18,132 bases of DNA from Atribacterota bacterium (GTDB lineage: Bacteria; Atribacterota; Phoenicimicrobiia; Phoenicimicrobiales; Phoenicimicrobiaceae), in assembly GCA_038203565.1 (NCBI GenBank), contig JBBRDV010000025.1, forward strand, positions 1 through 18,132, given 5' to 3'. The position numbers and the translations under genes are program-made. Positions 7,385-18,105 of this stretch are shown here, piece by piece; positions within the stretch are counted from its first letter, which is position 1, and each line of letters begins with the position of its first letter. The notes under the pieces are model-generated. The model ran no database searches, was not told where the DNA came from, and saw nothing but the letters and a program-made list of their open reading frames with translations.

Positions 7385-9725
7385 AAAAAGGACTTCTGGT
7401 AAGGGCGCTTTTTAAAACTTCATCTATATTAGTTACCATAATAAATTTTAATCTTTTTTTAATATCATTAGGTAAATCTTCTAAATTCTTAAAATTATCT
7501 TTAGGAATTATAATAGTTTTTATACCAAATTGATAAGCGGCAAGTATTTTTTCCTTTAACCCTCCAACTGGTAAAACTTTTCCTTGTAGAGTAATTTCGC
7601 CAGTCATAGCTACATCTTTTCGAATCGGGATATCGGTAAGTGAAGAAATTAAAGAAGTAGCCATGGTTATACCGGCAGATGGACCATCCTTAGGGACCGC
7701 TCCTTCTGGAATATGAACATGAATATCACAATTTTCGTAAAACTTACTATCTATCTTAAATTTTGCTGCTCGAGAACGAGCGTAGGTTAAGGCAGCTTTC
7801 CCTGATTCTTGCATAACATCTCCCAGTTGTCCGGTTAAGGTTAATTTGCCTTTTCCGGGCATTACTATAGTTTCCACTGATAATACTTCTCCGCCGATTT
7901 CAGTCCAGGCTAAACCTGTTGCCAAACCAACGGTATCTTCTTGTCCAATTTTCTCAATTTTATATTTAGGGATTCCCAAATAATTTTCTAAGTTTTTTAA
8001 TGTGATTCTAACTCTTTTATTCTTTTTAAAATAAACTAGTTTTAAAGCAACCTTTCTACATATAGATGATATTTCTTTTTCTAAGCCCCTTACTCCCGCT
8101 TCATGAGTATATTCCTGGATTATTTTTTTCATAGCCTTTTCTGATATTTCTATATCATCTTTTTTGAAGCCATGATTATTCAATCGTTTAGGAAATAAAA
8201 ATAACTGGGCAATTTGTAATTTTTCATATTCAGTATAACCAGAAATATTAATTATTTCCATCCTATCTCTTAAGGAATAAGGTATTTCGTCTTCATTGTT
8301 AGCTGTGGTGATAAACATTACTTCGGAAAGATCAAAGGGAACTTCTAAATAATGGTCTCTAAAAGTATTGTTTTGCTCAGGATCCAATACTTCTAAAAGA
8401 GCAGAAGCCGGGTCTCCTCTAAAATCCACACTCATTTTATCAATTTCATCCAACAAGAAAACGGGATTCTTAGATTTTACGTTAACTATCCCTTGAACAA
8501 TTCTTCCAGGCATAGAACCTATATAAGTTTTTCTGTGTCCGCGTATATCTGCTTCATCCCGTACGCCTCCCAGGGAAACTCTTATAAATTTTCTACCCAT
8601 TGCCCGGGCTATTGATTTCGCCAATGATGTCTTACCTACTCCCGGAGGCCCTATTAAACACAGAATTGTCCCTAACTGTTTACTGCTCATTTTTTTCACT
8701 GCTAAGTACTCTAAGATTCTTTCTTTAATATCTAATAAACCATAATGGTCTTCATCTAAAACATTTTTTACTAATTTTATATCTAATTTATCTGTAGTAA
8801 CTTCGTTCCAGGGAAGGGAGATGATCCATTCTAAGTAATTTATTATTACCCCGCTCTCAGCAGATAAAAATGGCATTTTTTCTAAACGATTTGTTTCTTT
8901 TATGCACTTCTCTTCCACTTCTTGATTAAGTTTTAGAGAAAATATTTTCTCTTTGAATTCATCAGCTTCTGAAATGTTTTCTTCATTATCTCCTAATTCT
9001 TTTTGTATTTCTTTTAATTGCTCTTTTAGATAATAATCTTTTTGGTAATTTTCTAAATTTACTTCTACTCTATCTTGAATCTTTTTTTCTAATTCTAAAA
9101 TACTTATTTCTTTTTTTAATATAACAATTAATTTCTCCAGTCTTTCCAAAGGATTAGCTATTTCTAATAAATTTTGTTTTTCTTTTATCTGTAAAACTAA
9201 ATTTGAAGCAATTATATCGGCCAATTTATCTGGTTTTTCAATATTCTTTACGGATAGCATCATTTCTGAAGGTAATTTACTGTTTAATTTTAAATATTGT
9301 TCGAATCTATTGATTGCCAATCTCATCAAGGCTTCTATTTTTAGATTTTTACCGTTTTTAACTTTTATTTTTTCTACTTCTACCTTAAGAAAATTATCAA
9401 ATCCTTCTGTATTTTTAATTTTTGCTCTATCGAGTCCTTCTACTAATATTTTGATGGTATCATCTGGTAGTTTATAAATTTGTATTATCTTGGCAATTGT
9501 TCCGATAGAATACATATCTTCTACTTTTGGTTTTTCTACCTCTGGGTCTATCTGAGTTGCAATAAATATCAAACTTTTTAAATTTATTGCTTCTTCTAAA
9601 GCATTAATAGATTGTTCTCTCCCAACAAAAAGAGGAATAATCATATTGGGGAAAACAACCAATTCTCTTAGTGGTAATAAAGGTAATATATTTTTGTCTA
9701 AGCTTCTTATATTTTTATTATTCAT
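7383..9725 (-). CDS. lon: ATP-dependent Lon protease (LonA)
   Basis: N-domain [10 protein letters not shown], Walker A GPPGVGKT, Walker B LLDEIDK, catalytic PKDGPSAG and GGLKEK; ATGA overlap with clpX. Confidence 0.98.
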   Translation of the reverse strand: MNNKNIRSLDKNILPLLPLRELVVFPNMIIPLFVGREQSINALEEAINLKSLIFIATQIDPEVEKPKVEDMYSIGTIAKIIQIYKLPDDTIKILVEGLDRAKIKNTEGFDNFLKVEVEKIKVKNGKNLKIEALMRLAINRFEQYLKLNSKLPSEMMLSVKNIEKPDKLADIIASNLVLQIKEKQNLLEIANPLERLEKLIVILKKEISILELEKKIQDRVEVNLENYQKDYYLKEQLKEIQKELGDNEENISEADEFKEKIFSLKLNQEVEEKCIKETNRLEKMPFLSAESGVIINYLEWIISLPWNEVTTDKLDIKLVKNVLDEDHYGLLDIKERILEYLAVKKMSSKQLGTILCLIGPPGVGKTSLAKSIARAMGRKFIRVSLGGVRDEADIRGHRKTYIGSMPGRIVQGIVNVKSKNPVFLLDEIDKMSVDFRGDPASALLEVLDPEQNNTFRDHYLEVPFDLSEVMFITTANNEDEIPYSLRDRMEIINISGYTEYEKLQIAQLFLFPKRLNNHGFKKDDIEISEKAMKKIIQEYTHEAGVRGLEKEISSICRKVALKLVYFKKNKRVRITLKNLENYLGIPKYKIEKIGQEDTVGLATGLAWTEIGGEVLSVETIVMPGKGKLTLTGQLGDVMQESGKAALTYARSRAAKFKIDSKFYENCDIHVHIPEGAVPKDGPSAGITMATSLISSLTDIPIRKDVAMTGEITLQGKVLPVGGLKEKILAAYQFGIKTIIIPKDNFKNLEDLPNDIKKRLKFIMVTNIDEVLKSALTRSPF

Positions 9726-10993
9726 GCTGTTTCTTTTCTTAAACCCTTTCCATATCTTTCTATTTCAGGCATCTGTTTCTTTTTCACAACTTCTTCGGTA
9801 ATAGTGCATTTTTCAATGTTTTTCTCCGAAGGTATCTGGTACATTATATCTAATATTGAATCTTCCATAATTGAACGCAAGCCCCTTGCCCCTATTTTTC
9901 TTTTTATACTTTCTTCCACGATTGCCTCTAAAGCTCCGGGGGTAAGATTAAGTTCCACCCCTTCTAATTCAAATATCTTTTTATACTGTTTTACTATGGC
10001 ATTTTTAGGCTGGGTTAATATTTTTAGTAATGCGTCTTTATTTAAAGCTTCTAAGGTAGATACTATATGCAATCTCCCCACTAATTCGGGAATTAAGCCA
10101 TACTTCATCAGATCTTCCGGTAAAACATTTTCCATTAATTTATAATTTCTTTCTTTATTATCTTTAGTTTTTATATCTGCTTTGAATCCAATATTATTTT
10201 TGCCTATTCGGTAATTTATTATATCTTCTAATCCCTCAAAAGTTCCCCCACAAATAAACAATATTTCCGTGGTATCCATCTGAATATTCTTTTCTTGCGG
10301 GTGCTTTCTCCCTCCGTAAGGTGGTATGCTGGCAACTGTTCCTTCTATAATTTTTAAAAGAGCCTGCTGTACTCCTTCTCCTGACACATCTCTGGTTATA
10401 GAAGGGTTTTCTGATTTACGTGCTATTTTGTCAATCTCATCTATATAGATTATTCCTTTTTGAGCTAGATTTATATCATTATCGGTTACTCTCAGTAAAT
10501 TTAATAGAATATTTTCTACATCATCGCCTACATATCCCGCTTCAGTCAAAGTTGTAGCATCAGCAATAACAAATGGAACATTTAGTTTTTTAGCTAAAGT
10601 CTTGGCTAACAAGGTCTTTCCACACCCAGTAGGACCTATTAACAGAATATTGCTCTTTTCTAATTCTATCTCTTCCTTTGTCTTATCTATTTTTTTATCT
10701 TTTTTATCTAATCTATTATTACTATTACTTTTGATTCTTTTGTAGTGGTTGTATACAGCAACTGATAGTATTTTTTTTGCCTTTTCTTGCTCTATTATAT
10801 ATTCATCTAAAAAACTTTTAATCTCTTTGGGAGAGGGGACATTTCCTAAATCAAATGGCCTGCCTTCTTTCTTTTTTCTACCTAATATAATATCATTGCA
10901 AACTTTAATACATTCATCACATATACAAACACTTGGACCTGCAACTATTTTATATACTTCATCTTGGGTTTTGCCACAAAACGAACAATTCAC
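9722..10993 (-). CDS. clpX: ATP-dependent Clp protease ATP-binding subunit ClpX
   Basis: CSFC...CDEC zinc finger, [12 protein letters not shown] pore loop, RKH loop, IGF loop; GTG start with GAAGGGAG upstream. Confidence 0.98.
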   Translation of the reverse strand: MNCSFCGKTQDEVYKIVAGPSVCICDECIKVCNDIILGRKKKEGRPFDLGNVPSPKEIKSFLDEYIIEQEKAKKILSVAVYNHYKRIKSNSNNRLDKKDKKIDKTKEEIELEKSNILLIGPTGCGKTLLAKTLAKKLNVPFVIADATTLTEAGYVGDDVENILLNLLRVTDNDINLAQKGIIYIDEIDKIARKSENPSITRDVSGEGVQQALLKIIEGTVASIPPYGGRKHPQEKNIQMDTTEILFICGGTFEGLEDIINYRIGKNNIGFKADIKTKDNKERNYKLMENVLPEDLMKYGLIPELVGRLHIVSTLEALNKDALLKILTQPKNAIVKQYKKIFELEGVELNLTPGALEAIVEESIKRKIGARGLRSIMEDSILDIMYQIPSEKNIEKCTITEEVVKKKQMPEIERYGKGLRKETA

Positions 10994-11010
10994 TATTTTT
11001 CAACTCCCTT

Positions 11011-11610
11011 CTATTCCTTTATTGCTTCTTCTCGACTTTTAATTACTTCATCAACCAATCCATATTCTTTAGATTCTTGAGCAGTCATATAGAAATCTCT
11101 ATCAGTATCTTTCTCAATTTTTTCAAGTTTTTGTCCAGTATGGTGAGTCAATATTTTATTTATAGTATCTTTAATTCTTTTAAGTTCTCGAGCCTGTATC
11201 TCTATATCTGTAACCTGTCCCTGCACCCCTCCTAAAGGCTGATGCACCATAATCCTTGAATTAGGTAAAGCAAATCTCTTCCCTTTTGCACCTGACGTTA
11301 AAATTAAAGCGGCTCCACTTGCAGCCATACCTAAACAAATGGTCGAAACATCAGATCTTATATATTGGATAGTATCATATATAGCAATAGTAGAACTTAC
11401 CGAGCCACCAGGGCTATTAATATAAATATAAATATCTTTGTCAGGATCGGCTGCTTCCAAAAATAATAATTGCGCAATTACAATATTGGCTGTCATATCA
11501 TCTATTTCTGTTCCTAAAAATATTATTCTGTCTTTTAGCAGCCGAGAATAAATATCGTAAGATCTCTCCCCTCGAGGAGTTTGTTCAACTACAATAGGCA
11601 CTAAAGTCAT
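11011..11610 (-). CDS. clpP: ATP-dependent Clp protease proteolytic subunit
   Basis: [30 protein letters not shown] (Ser), MVHQP (His), DRDFYM (Asp); ATGA overlap with tig. Confidence 0.98.
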   Translation of the reverse strand: MTLVPIVVEQTPRGERSYDIYSRLLKDRIIFLGTEIDDMTANIVIAQLLFLEAADPDKDIYIYINSPGGSVSSTIAIYDTIQYIRSDVSTICLGMAASGAALILTSGAKGKRFALPNSRIMVHQPLGGVQGQVTDIEIQARELKRIKDTINKILTHHTGQKLEKIEKDTDRDFYMTAQESKEYGLVDEVIKSREEAIKE

Positions 11611-12914
11611 TTGGATGTTACCTCCTTTTGCAAATTTACTTTTTTATTTAATAAATCAATTATTTTTTCTCTTTTTATACTTTCTTTCAAACCATCTAAA
11701 TTATTATTTTTTTTAAAAGTTGCCTCTACTTTCAAAGCATCTTGTTTCAGCTCTTTAGCAATTGTTTCAATTTTATCCATAACTTCTTTTTCAGTAACCT
11801 GAATATTCTCTACTTGACTAATTTTATCTAACACTAATTCTTGCTTTATTCTTTTTTCAGCAACAATTTCGTATTCTTTTTTGACTTTTTCTTCATCAGT
11901 TTTAATACGCTTATAATAATCCTGTAAGGATAAATCTTTAGATTTTAAATCATCTTCCAAAGATTTCATCATATATTCTACTTCTCTTTCAATTAATATT
12001 TTTGGTACTTTTGTTTCACAAATATCTGTTACTTTTTCTAATAATTTACTTTCATAATTATTTTCATTCAATGTTTTGAGTTGTTTCTCTAATTTATCCT
12101 GAATATCTTCTCTAAAATCATCTAAATTTTTGTAATTACCCACTGTTTTGACAAAATCTACATTTAATTCCGGCAGCTCTTTTTCTTTTATTTCAATAAT
12201 TTTAACCTTATAGGTAATTTCTTTATCTGCTATTTTTTTATCCTTAATATCCTTGGGAATTAAAATATTTATCTCTGTTTCATCTCCTGCCGAACAGCCA
12301 ATAAGTTTCTTATTAAATTCAGGTGGAGTATTTTTTCCTAATTGGATAATCTGTTTTTCAACTTTACTTCCATCTACTACTTTTCCCTCAATGTATCCTA
12401 TGGAATCAACTACCAGAAAATCGCCTTCTTTTGCTTGTCGATCTTTAACTATTTTTAATTTAGCTAAATTTTCCTGAATTCTTCTTATCTCATTGTTTAC
12501 ATCAGTATTCGTTACTTTTACATCTTCTTTTTGAATACTAATTTTATCAAAAGAACCCAGTTTTACTTCCGGCCTTACCTGAACGGTCGCCTCAAAAATT
12601 AATGGTTTATCTTCTTCTATTTGAATTACCTTAATTTCCGGTTGATTTATTGGTTGGATATTATTTTTATTTATAGCTTCGAGATAACATTCCGGAATTA
12701 ATTTTTCGGCAGTTTTATCATAAAAATATTCCTTCCCTAAATGCAGGTTCAAAATATTTTTAGGTACTCTACCCCTTCGGAATCCTGGTATTTTTATTTG
12801 ATAAGATATGTCATTGTATACTTTATCTAAATTGCTATTTACTTCTAACTTGTCCGTTTCAATCTTAAGTTTCACTTCATTTTCTTTTTGCTTCTCAATT
12901 TCTACTTTTAGCAT
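11607..12914 (-). CDS. tig: Trigger factor
   Basis: Ribosome-binding signature PGFRRGRVP, 435 aa, FKBP-like middle domain, tig-clpP-clpX-lon order, CGGAGG upstream of the ATG. Confidence 0.95.
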   Translation of the reverse strand: MLKVEIEKQKENEVKLKIETDKLEVNSNLDKVYNDISYQIKIPGFRRGRVPKNILNLHLGKEYFYDKTAEKLIPECYLEAINKNNIQPINQPEIKVIQIEEDKPLIFEATVQVRPEVKLGSFDKISIQKEDVKVTNTDVNNEIRRIQENLAKLKIVKDRQAKEGDFLVVDSIGYIEGKVVDGSKVEKQIIQLGKNTPPEFNKKLIGCSAGDETEINILIPKDIKDKKIADKEITYKVKIIEIKEKELPELNVDFVKTVGNYKNLDDFREDIQDKLEKQLKTLNENNYESKLLEKVTDICETKVPKILIEREVEYMMKSLEDDLKSKDLSLQDYYKRIKTDEEKVKKEYEIVAEKRIKQELVLDKISQVENIQVTEKEVMDKIETIAKELKQDALKVEATFKKNNNLDGLKESIKREKIIDLLNKKVNLQKEVTSK

Positions 12915-12974
12915 TACCTTGAAACCTCCGTTATTATAACAATTTACCGATTAAATTAGTCTTATTCTATAATT

Positions 12975-13003
12975 GCAACAAAGCCGCAAATAATTTTGCG
13001 GCT
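12975..13003 (-). terminator. Probable intrinsic terminator or processing hairpin after the tRNA operon
   Basis: AGCCGCAAA (12982-12990) / TTTGCGGCT (12995-13003) 9-bp stem with a 4-nt loop; imperfect U-tract (TTGTTG) on the minus strand. Confidence 0.65.
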
Positions 13004-13076
13004 GCTTTTTACCTACTTTAACTAAATTTTAAAAATTCCATAAATTAGAATATTAATATTATCTTACCGTATTTTA

Positions 13077-13161
13077 TGGTGCGAAGGGCGGGAGTCGAAC
13101 CCGCATGGAGTTACCCACTGGATCCTAAATCCAGCGTGTCTACCAGTTCCACCACCCTCGC
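13077..13161 (-). tRNA. tRNA-Leu(TAG)
   Basis: GCGAGGG...CCTTCGC-A-CCA; anticodon arm CTGGA-TTTAGGA-TCCAG; long variable arm; GGTTCGACTCC T-arm. Confidence 0.96.
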
Positions 13162-13175
13162 ATTTTTATTTTTTT

Positions 13176-13251
13176 TGGTGGGCCGTACAGGACTCGGACC
13201 TGTGACACCCGGATTAAAAGTCAGGTGCTCTACCAACTGAGCTAACGGCCC
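13176..13251 (-). tRNA. tRNA-Lys(TTT), with two non-canonical positions
   Basis: GGGCCGT...ACGGCCC-A-CCA, 76 nt; anticodon loop CTTTTAA; T-loop TCCGAGT and a U.C mismatch in the anticodon stem. Confidence 0.9.
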
Positions 13252-13317
13252 ACACATCAAAATATTAAATGCTTATACATAATACTATATTTTTTATTAA
13301 AATGCCACTATTACATT

Positions 13318-13394
13318 TGGCGCGCTCGGAGGGAATCGAACCCCCAACCATCGGATCCGAAGTCCGCAGCTCTATCCAATTGGGCTACGAGCGC
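13318..13394 (-). tRNA. tRNA-Arg(TCG)
   Basis: GCGCTCG...CGAGCGC-G-CCA; anticodon loop CT-TCG-GA; A20 (GGATA) arginine identity element. Confidence 0.92.
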
Positions 13395-13406
13395 ATATCG
13401 ATAGAT

Positions 13407-13485
13407 TGGGGTGAGCGAGGGGATTTGAACCCCCGACCTCTGGAGCCACAATCCAGGGCTCTAACCAGGCTGAGCTACGCCCACC
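13407..13485 (-). tRNA. tRNA-His(GTG), with encoded G-1
   Basis: G-GTGGGCG...CGCTCAC-C-CCA; anticodon arm CTGGA-TTGTGGC-TCCAG; G-1:C73 pair. Confidence 0.96.
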
Positions 13486-13500
13486 ATATTTTATTTTAAC

Positions 13501-13577
<77 letters not shown>

Positions 13578-13589
13578 GAGATATTACAT

Positions 13590-13665
13590 TGGAGCGGGAA
13601 ACGGGTCTCGAACCCGCGACAACCAGCTTGGAAGGCTAGTGCTCTACCAACTGAGCTATTCCCGC
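13590..13665 (-). tRNA. tRNA-Gly(TCC)
   Basis: GCGGGAA...TTCCCGC-T-CCA; CTAGC-CTTCCAA-GCTGG. Confidence 0.96.
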
Positions 13666-13743
<78 letters not shown>

Positions 13744-13754
13744 AAACAAAAGTT

Positions 13755-13783
13755 ATTATATAAGAATTATTTATATAAGTCAA
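13755..13783 (-). promoter_or_regulatory. Sigma70/SigA-type promoter of the tRNA operon
   Basis: TTGACT (13783-13778), 17-nt spacer, TATAAT (13760-13755), 11 nt before tRNA-Pro. Confidence 0.88.
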
Positions 13784-13810
13784 TTGTATCCTAATATTTT
13801 TGTAATATCT

Positions 13811-14404
13811 TTAAGACTTATTTGCAATTTCATTTATTATATTAACCATTTTTCTCATGGCCTTACCCCTATGGCTTATCTGGTTCTTAATCTTATCTCC
13901 TAATTCTGCAAAAGTTTTGTCATATTCCGGAACTAAAAAAATAGGGTCATAACCAAATCCATGCTCACCTTTTGGCATAAACTCAATACTACCCTTACAT
14001 TCTTCCTTAACCGTATATATTTTCCCATCCGGAAAAACAAGCATTGCAACACAAACAAATTTTGCGTTTCTTTTATTTATTGGAACATTCTCCAACAATT
14101 TAAGTACTTTGTTTATGCGTTCTTCATCACTATTTCCCCATCTTGAAGAATATATACCCGGCTTTCCTTTTAAATAATCAATTTCTAATCCTGAATCATC
14201 TGCTAAACATATTTTACCGGTATGCTCTGAAATCTTCCTGGCTTTTTTAAAAGCATTTTCTTGATATGTTTTGCCATCTTCCTCTATTTTTGGAAGATAG
14301 GGAAAATCTTTCATAGTTAATATTTTTATTTCAGGACTATCTAAAATATCTTTTATTTCCTTGACTTTACCTAAATTATTGGTTGCAATAAGTATCTCTA
14401 ACAT
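13811..14404 (-). CDS. rdgB: XTP/dITP diphosphatase (Ham1/RdgB family)
   Basis: [38 protein letters not shown]; overlaps the rph end. Confidence 0.96.
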   Translation of the reverse strand: MLEILIATNNLGKVKEIKDILDSPEIKILTMKDFPYLPKIEEDGKTYQENAFKKARKISEHTGKICLADDSGLEIDYLKGKPGIYSSRWGNSDEERINKVLKLLENVPINKRNAKFVCVAMLVFPDGKIYTVKEECKGSIEFMPKGEHGFGYDPIFLVPEYDKTFAELGDKIKNQISHRGKAMRKMVNIINEIANKS

Positions 14405-15129
14405 ATTTCTCCCAATATGTTTTTTTCTTCTTCGATTATCTGTTTTATTCCTGTCTCTGCCAATTTAATCAATTCCTGTAAATTTGTTTTAGAAAAAGGT
14501 TTACCTTCAGCCGTTCCTTGAATTTCTATTACCTCTCCTTTCTCAGTCATTACCATGTTTAGATCGACTTGAGCATGAGAATCTTCTTCAAAATTTAAAT
14601 CTAATAACATTTCTCCGTCGACTATTCCTGCACTGATTGCTCCCACATAATCTTTTATAGGAATATCAATTATTTTTCCTTCAGCCTTCAGATAATTTAA
14701 GGCATCAAATAGAGCAACGAAAGAACCGATAATAGCTGAAGTTCTGGTTCCACCATCGGCCAGGACTACATCGCAGTCTATCCATATAGTTCTTTCTCCT
14801 AATTCACTTAAATCTACTACTGACCTTAAAGATCTCCCTATTAGTCTTTGAATTTCAGAAGACCTTCCATTTATTTTACCTTTTACCGAATCCCTGATAT
14901 TTCTAATTTGATTTGCTCGAGGAATCATAGAGTATTCCGCTGAAATCCAACCCCGCCTTGTTCCTCTTAAAAATAAAGGAACTTTATCTTCAACCGAAGC
15001 GGTACATATTATTTTAGTATCTCCCATTTCCATAAGGGTGGATCCTTCTGCATATTTTATGTAATTTCTGCTAATTCTTATAGGTCGTATTTCATTATAT
15101 TTTCGATTGTTCGCTCTAAACATAAACAT
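14398..15129 (-). CDS. rph: Ribonuclease PH
   Basis: [50 protein letters not shown]; the start may instead be ATG 15123. Confidence 0.97.
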   Translation of the reverse strand: MFMFRANNRKYNEIRPIRISRNYIKYAEGSTLMEMGDTKIICTASVEDKVPLFLRGTRRGWISAEYSMIPRANQIRNIRDSVKGKINGRSSEIQRLIGRSLRSVVDLSELGERTIWIDCDVVLADGGTRTSAIIGSFVALFDALNYLKAEGKIIDIPIKDYVGAISAGIVDGEMLLDLNFEEDSHAQVDLNMVMTEKGEVIEIQGTAEGKPFSKTNLQELIKLAETGIKQIIEEEKNILGEIC

Positions 15130-15146
15130 CTTCCCTCCAATATTTT

Positions 15147-15326
15147 AGTATATCGTATTTCGTATATCGTATTTCACCAGAAAAACAAGATACAAATATT
15201 TAAATCTCCAAATTATCTAATCTCCTATTATAACTACTATCTTGCTATATGTTACATGCTATTAAATAATCTGGTTTCTGGATTCTTTCTTCTTAACGAT
15301 ATAAGATATACGCTATACGGTATACT
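15147..15326. repeat. Pair of inverted heptamer tandem arrays (unit ~TATATCG) flanking the ispA-rph intergenic region
   Basis: 15147-15175 AGTATATCGTATTTCGTATATCGTATTTC versus the reverse complement of 15298-15326, AGTATACCGTATAGCGTATATCTTATATC: 24/29 identical, about four heptamers per arm. Confidence 0.8.
15227..15255 (-). promoter_or_regulatory. Candidate promoter for rph-rdgB
   Basis: GTAACA (15255-15250), 17-nt spacer, TATAAT (15232-15227); the -35 matches only 4/6 in AT-rich DNA. Confidence 0.45.
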
Positions 15327-15330
15327 TCTT

Positions 15331-16191
15331 TTATCTTTTTCTCGTCAGCAAATAATCAGCTAAATTTCGTAATTTATCTGCTTTATGATTAAATATTTTT
15401 AAAGAATCTTTTGCCTCCTTAATCAATCTTTCAGATTCGCTCTTAGATTCTTTTATCCCATATTTATTGGCATAATTAGGCTTTTTAGTATCCCTTTGGT
15501 CTTGCATAATATCGAGCATATCGTCAATAATTTGAAAAGCTAATCCTATATTTTCACCATATTTGGTTAAAGCATTAAGCTGCTTTTGGTTTGCCCCGGA
15601 TAATATTGCACCTGCCCTAATAGAAAGACAAATTAAGGCCGCAGTTTTTTTCATATATAGATTAGTTAGATCTTCTTTTTTGATATCTTCGTTTTTTAAG
15701 TTTATATCTTCTACTTGTCCTCCTAACATATTTTCAGTTCCAATGTAAAAAGATATTTCTTTTATCAATTTTAGAATCGATTGTTTTTTTATTTCTTTTA
15801 CTTCAGAATTTTTGATTATTAAATCAAATCCGAAAACTAAAAGAGCATCCCCTGCTAATAAAGCTATGGCTTCTCCAAATACTTTGTGATTGCTTGGTTT
15901 CCCCCGTCTAAAGTCATCATTATCTATACAAGGGAGATCATCATGGATTAATGAAAAAGTATGAATTAATTCAATTCCACAAGCTGCCTTTATTACATTT
16001 TCAGCTTCTTTTCCAAACAATTCAGCTGCTGCAAAAGTTAAAATTGGCCTAATTCTCTTCCCTCCGCCAAAAACACTATAGCGCATCGCTTTGTGAATAA
16101 TTGAAGGTGATTTTTCTTCCGGCGGCAAATATTCATCTAAAGCCTTATCTATGATATTTTTTCTATTTTCCAGAAATTTATTAAAATTCAT
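15331..16191 (-). CDS. ispA: Short-chain polyprenyl diphosphate synthase (farnesyl diphosphate synthase-like, 286 aa)
   Basis: GGKRIRP, FSLIHDDLPCIDNDDFRRGKP (FARM, aromatic residue at -5), AGDAL, KTA, FQIIDDMLD (SARM). Start moved to ATG 16191 (GAAGGAG SD); follows xseB. Confidence 0.92.
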   Translation of the reverse strand: MNFNKFLENRKNIIDKALDEYLPPEEKSPSIIHKAMRYSVFGGGKRIRPILTFAAAELFGKEAENVIKAACGIELIHTFSLIHDDLPCIDNDDFRRGKPSNHKVFGEAIALLAGDALLVFGFDLIIKNSEVKEIKKQSILKLIKEISFYIGTENMLGGQVEDINLKNEDIKKEDLTNLYMKKTAALICLSIRAGAILSGANQKQLNALTKYGENIGLAFQIIDDMLDIMQDQRDTKKPNYANKYGIKESKSESERLIKEAKDSLKIFNHKADKLRNLADYLLTRKR

Positions 16192-16450
16192 TAATTGTAT
16201 CTTCTCCTTCTTTTTCAGAAAAAGGTTTGGTAGAATATTTTTCTTCACTCTCAATTACCAATTGTTCTATCTTCTTTTTAGTTTTATTCAGTTTTTCCAA
16301 ACATATTTTCGATATATTCATTCCTTCTTCATAGATCATTACTGACTCATCTAAGGTTAATTCGCCTTCCTCTAATCTTTGAACAATTTTTTCTAACTTT
16401 CTTAAATATTCTTCAAAAGGAATATCTTCTATTTTTTTCTTGTTTTTCAA
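16181..16450 (-). CDS. xseB: Exodeoxyribonuclease VII small subunit
   Basis: FEEYLRKLEKIVQRLEEGELTLDESVMIYEEG; directly follows xseA with a 4-nt overlap. Confidence 0.95.
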   Translation of the reverse strand: MKNKKKIEDIPFEEYLRKLEKIVQRLEEGELTLDESVMIYEEGMNISKICLEKLNKTKKKIEQLVIESEEKYSTKPFSEKEGEDTINEF

Positions 16451-17676
16451 CTTGAAACAACCTCCTTTTTTTCTACTTTACTCAATATCTTACCATCACT
16501 TATGATAACTTCCATTTTTGCACCAACTTCAATTTGTTTCAACCTTTTAATAATCTCTTTGCCAGGTATTTTTCTACAGATACTATATCCTCTTTCAATT
16601 ATTGCCCAAGGATTTAAAGAGTCCAGTCTTTGGGAATCTTTTTTTATTCTTTCTTCATATAATTCTACCCGGTGTTTAATCCTTGAATTTAAACGAGCAC
16701 TAAATTCATCGATATATTGGTAATATTGATTAATTTTGTTTTCCGGCCCCTGATATTTAAGACTTCTACTTGCAGAATTTAAATTTTCTGTTTTTAACTC
16801 AAAGTTTCTTTTAATTGCCCTGCTCATTTTGCTTTTTAATAAACTTAGATTATTTATTAGATTATTTTTATCCGGTATAGTCATTTCAGCTGCGGCGGAG
16901 GGAGTGGGAGAACGCAGGTCAGCTACAAAATCGGAAATAGTAAAATCTGTTTCGTGGCCTACTGCTGAAACAATAGGAATTTTAGAGTTAAAGATACTAC
17001 GAGCTAAAATTTCTTCATTAAAAGCCCATAACTCTTCCAAAGAACCTCCTCCTCGGCCAATTATAATAAAATCTAAATCCTTAAAATATTTATTTAAAAA
17101 ATCTATCTTTTTAGCCATCTCCTTAGCGGCAAATGCCCCTTGTACCAGGGAAGGAACAACTAAAATTGAAAGATTGGGAAATCTTCTCAATGAAATAGTT
17201 ATAACGTCCCTAATTGCTGCGCCGGTAGGAGAAGTTATAACTGCAATATTTTGTGGAATGAGCGGTAATTTCTTTTTAATTTCCTCTGAAAAAAGCCCTT
17301 CATCTTTTAGCTTTTCTTTCAATCTCTCAAAAGCTAAATAAAGTTCACCCTTCCCGGCTTCTATTATTTCCCTTACATACAGCTGATATTCTCCTCTTTT
17401 TTCATAAACACTAACATCCCCTCGCAGCTTAACTTTCATTCCATCTCCAGGCATAAATCGTAAATTACAATTGTTTCCTCTAAACATGACACATTTAATT
17501 TGGCTTTCCTTATCTTTGAGCACAAAATACATATGTCCTGAAGAATGCAGCTTAAAATTGGATATCTCTCCCAATATCCATATATCCTGGAGATTAAAAT
17601 CATTTTCAAAAAGCTTTTTTATATATTTATTAAGCTTGGAAACTGTATATATTTTTGATTCTGTATAATTAATCAT
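16447..17676 (-). CDS. xseA: Exodeoxyribonuclease VII large subunit
   Basis: GEISNF...SGHMYFVLKD OB-fold, ITSPTGAAIRD, GRGGGSLEELWAFN, SAVGHETD, TPSAAAE. Confidence 0.97.
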   Translation of the reverse strand: MINYTESKIYTVSKLNKYIKKLFENDFNLQDIWILGEISNFKLHSSGHMYFVLKDKESQIKCVMFRGNNCNLRFMPGDGMKVKLRGDVSVYEKRGEYQLYVREIIEAGKGELYLAFERLKEKLKDEGLFSEEIKKKLPLIPQNIAVITSPTGAAIRDVITISLRRFPNLSILVVPSLVQGAFAAKEMAKKIDFLNKYFKDLDFIIIGRGGGSLEELWAFNEEILARSIFNSKIPIVSAVGHETDFTISDFVADLRSPTPSAAAEMTIPDKNNLINNLSLLKSKMSRAIKRNFELKTENLNSASRSLKYQGPENKINQYYQYIDEFSARLNSRIKHRVELYEERIKKDSQRLDSLNPWAIIERGYSICRKIPGKEIIKRLKQIEVGAKMEVIISDGKILSKVEKKEVVSS

Positions 17677-17682
17677 AATTGT

Positions 17683-18105
17683 TTAATCTATTTTCTTTAA
17701 TACTTTATCGTTCTTATCAATTTTCCCTAAAACTCCGTTTACAAAACTAAAAGAACTTTTTGTACCGTATTTTTTAGCTAATTCAACTGCTTCGTTAATG
17801 GAAACGCTTTTGGGTATATTTTTTAAATATAATATTTCGTAAATCGCTATCCGAAGAATATTTCTATCAATATTAGTAATTCTTTTTAAAGACCAATTTT
17901 TGGTATAATTACTAATTGACTTATCTATTTCAGGTAAATTACTCAACACGCCATTAACCAATATTAGAGAAAATTCTTTAACTTCATCTGAAAATTCACC
18001 ATCTTCGAAAGTGTATTTCACCGCTTCTTCTATATTAGTGCTAACTAAATCAATTTGAAACAATACTTTTAAGGCCATTTCTCGGGATAACCTTCTTCCT
18101 CCCAT
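17683..18105 (-). CDS. nusB: Transcription antitermination factor NusB
   Basis: [42 protein letters not shown]...FVNGVL; GGAGGAG SD. Confidence 0.97.
   Translation of the reverse strand: MGGRRLSREMALKVLFQIDLVSTNIEEAVKYTFEDGEFSDEVKEFSLILVNGVLSNLPEIDKSISNYTKNWSLKRITNIDRNILRIAIYEILYLKNIPKSVSINEAVELAKKYGTKSSFSFVNGVLGKIDKNDKVLKKID

Noticed and set aside
13279..13317. Possible internal promoter (GTGGCA...TATTAT) and an ATGTAATA trailer shared after tRNA-Arg(TCG) and tRNA-Gly
   Set aside because: Weak -35 and a short AT-rich match; insufficient evidence.
13756..13779. TTATATAAG repeated twice over the tRNA promoter as a possible operator
   Set aside because: Almost pure A/T in a very AT-rich region, and one copy is partly the -10 box; cannot be separated from chance.
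16192..16254. Longer IspA N-terminus from the ORF track
   Set aside because: It would overlap xseB by 74 nt; ATG 16191 has a GAAGGAG SD and gives a typical length.
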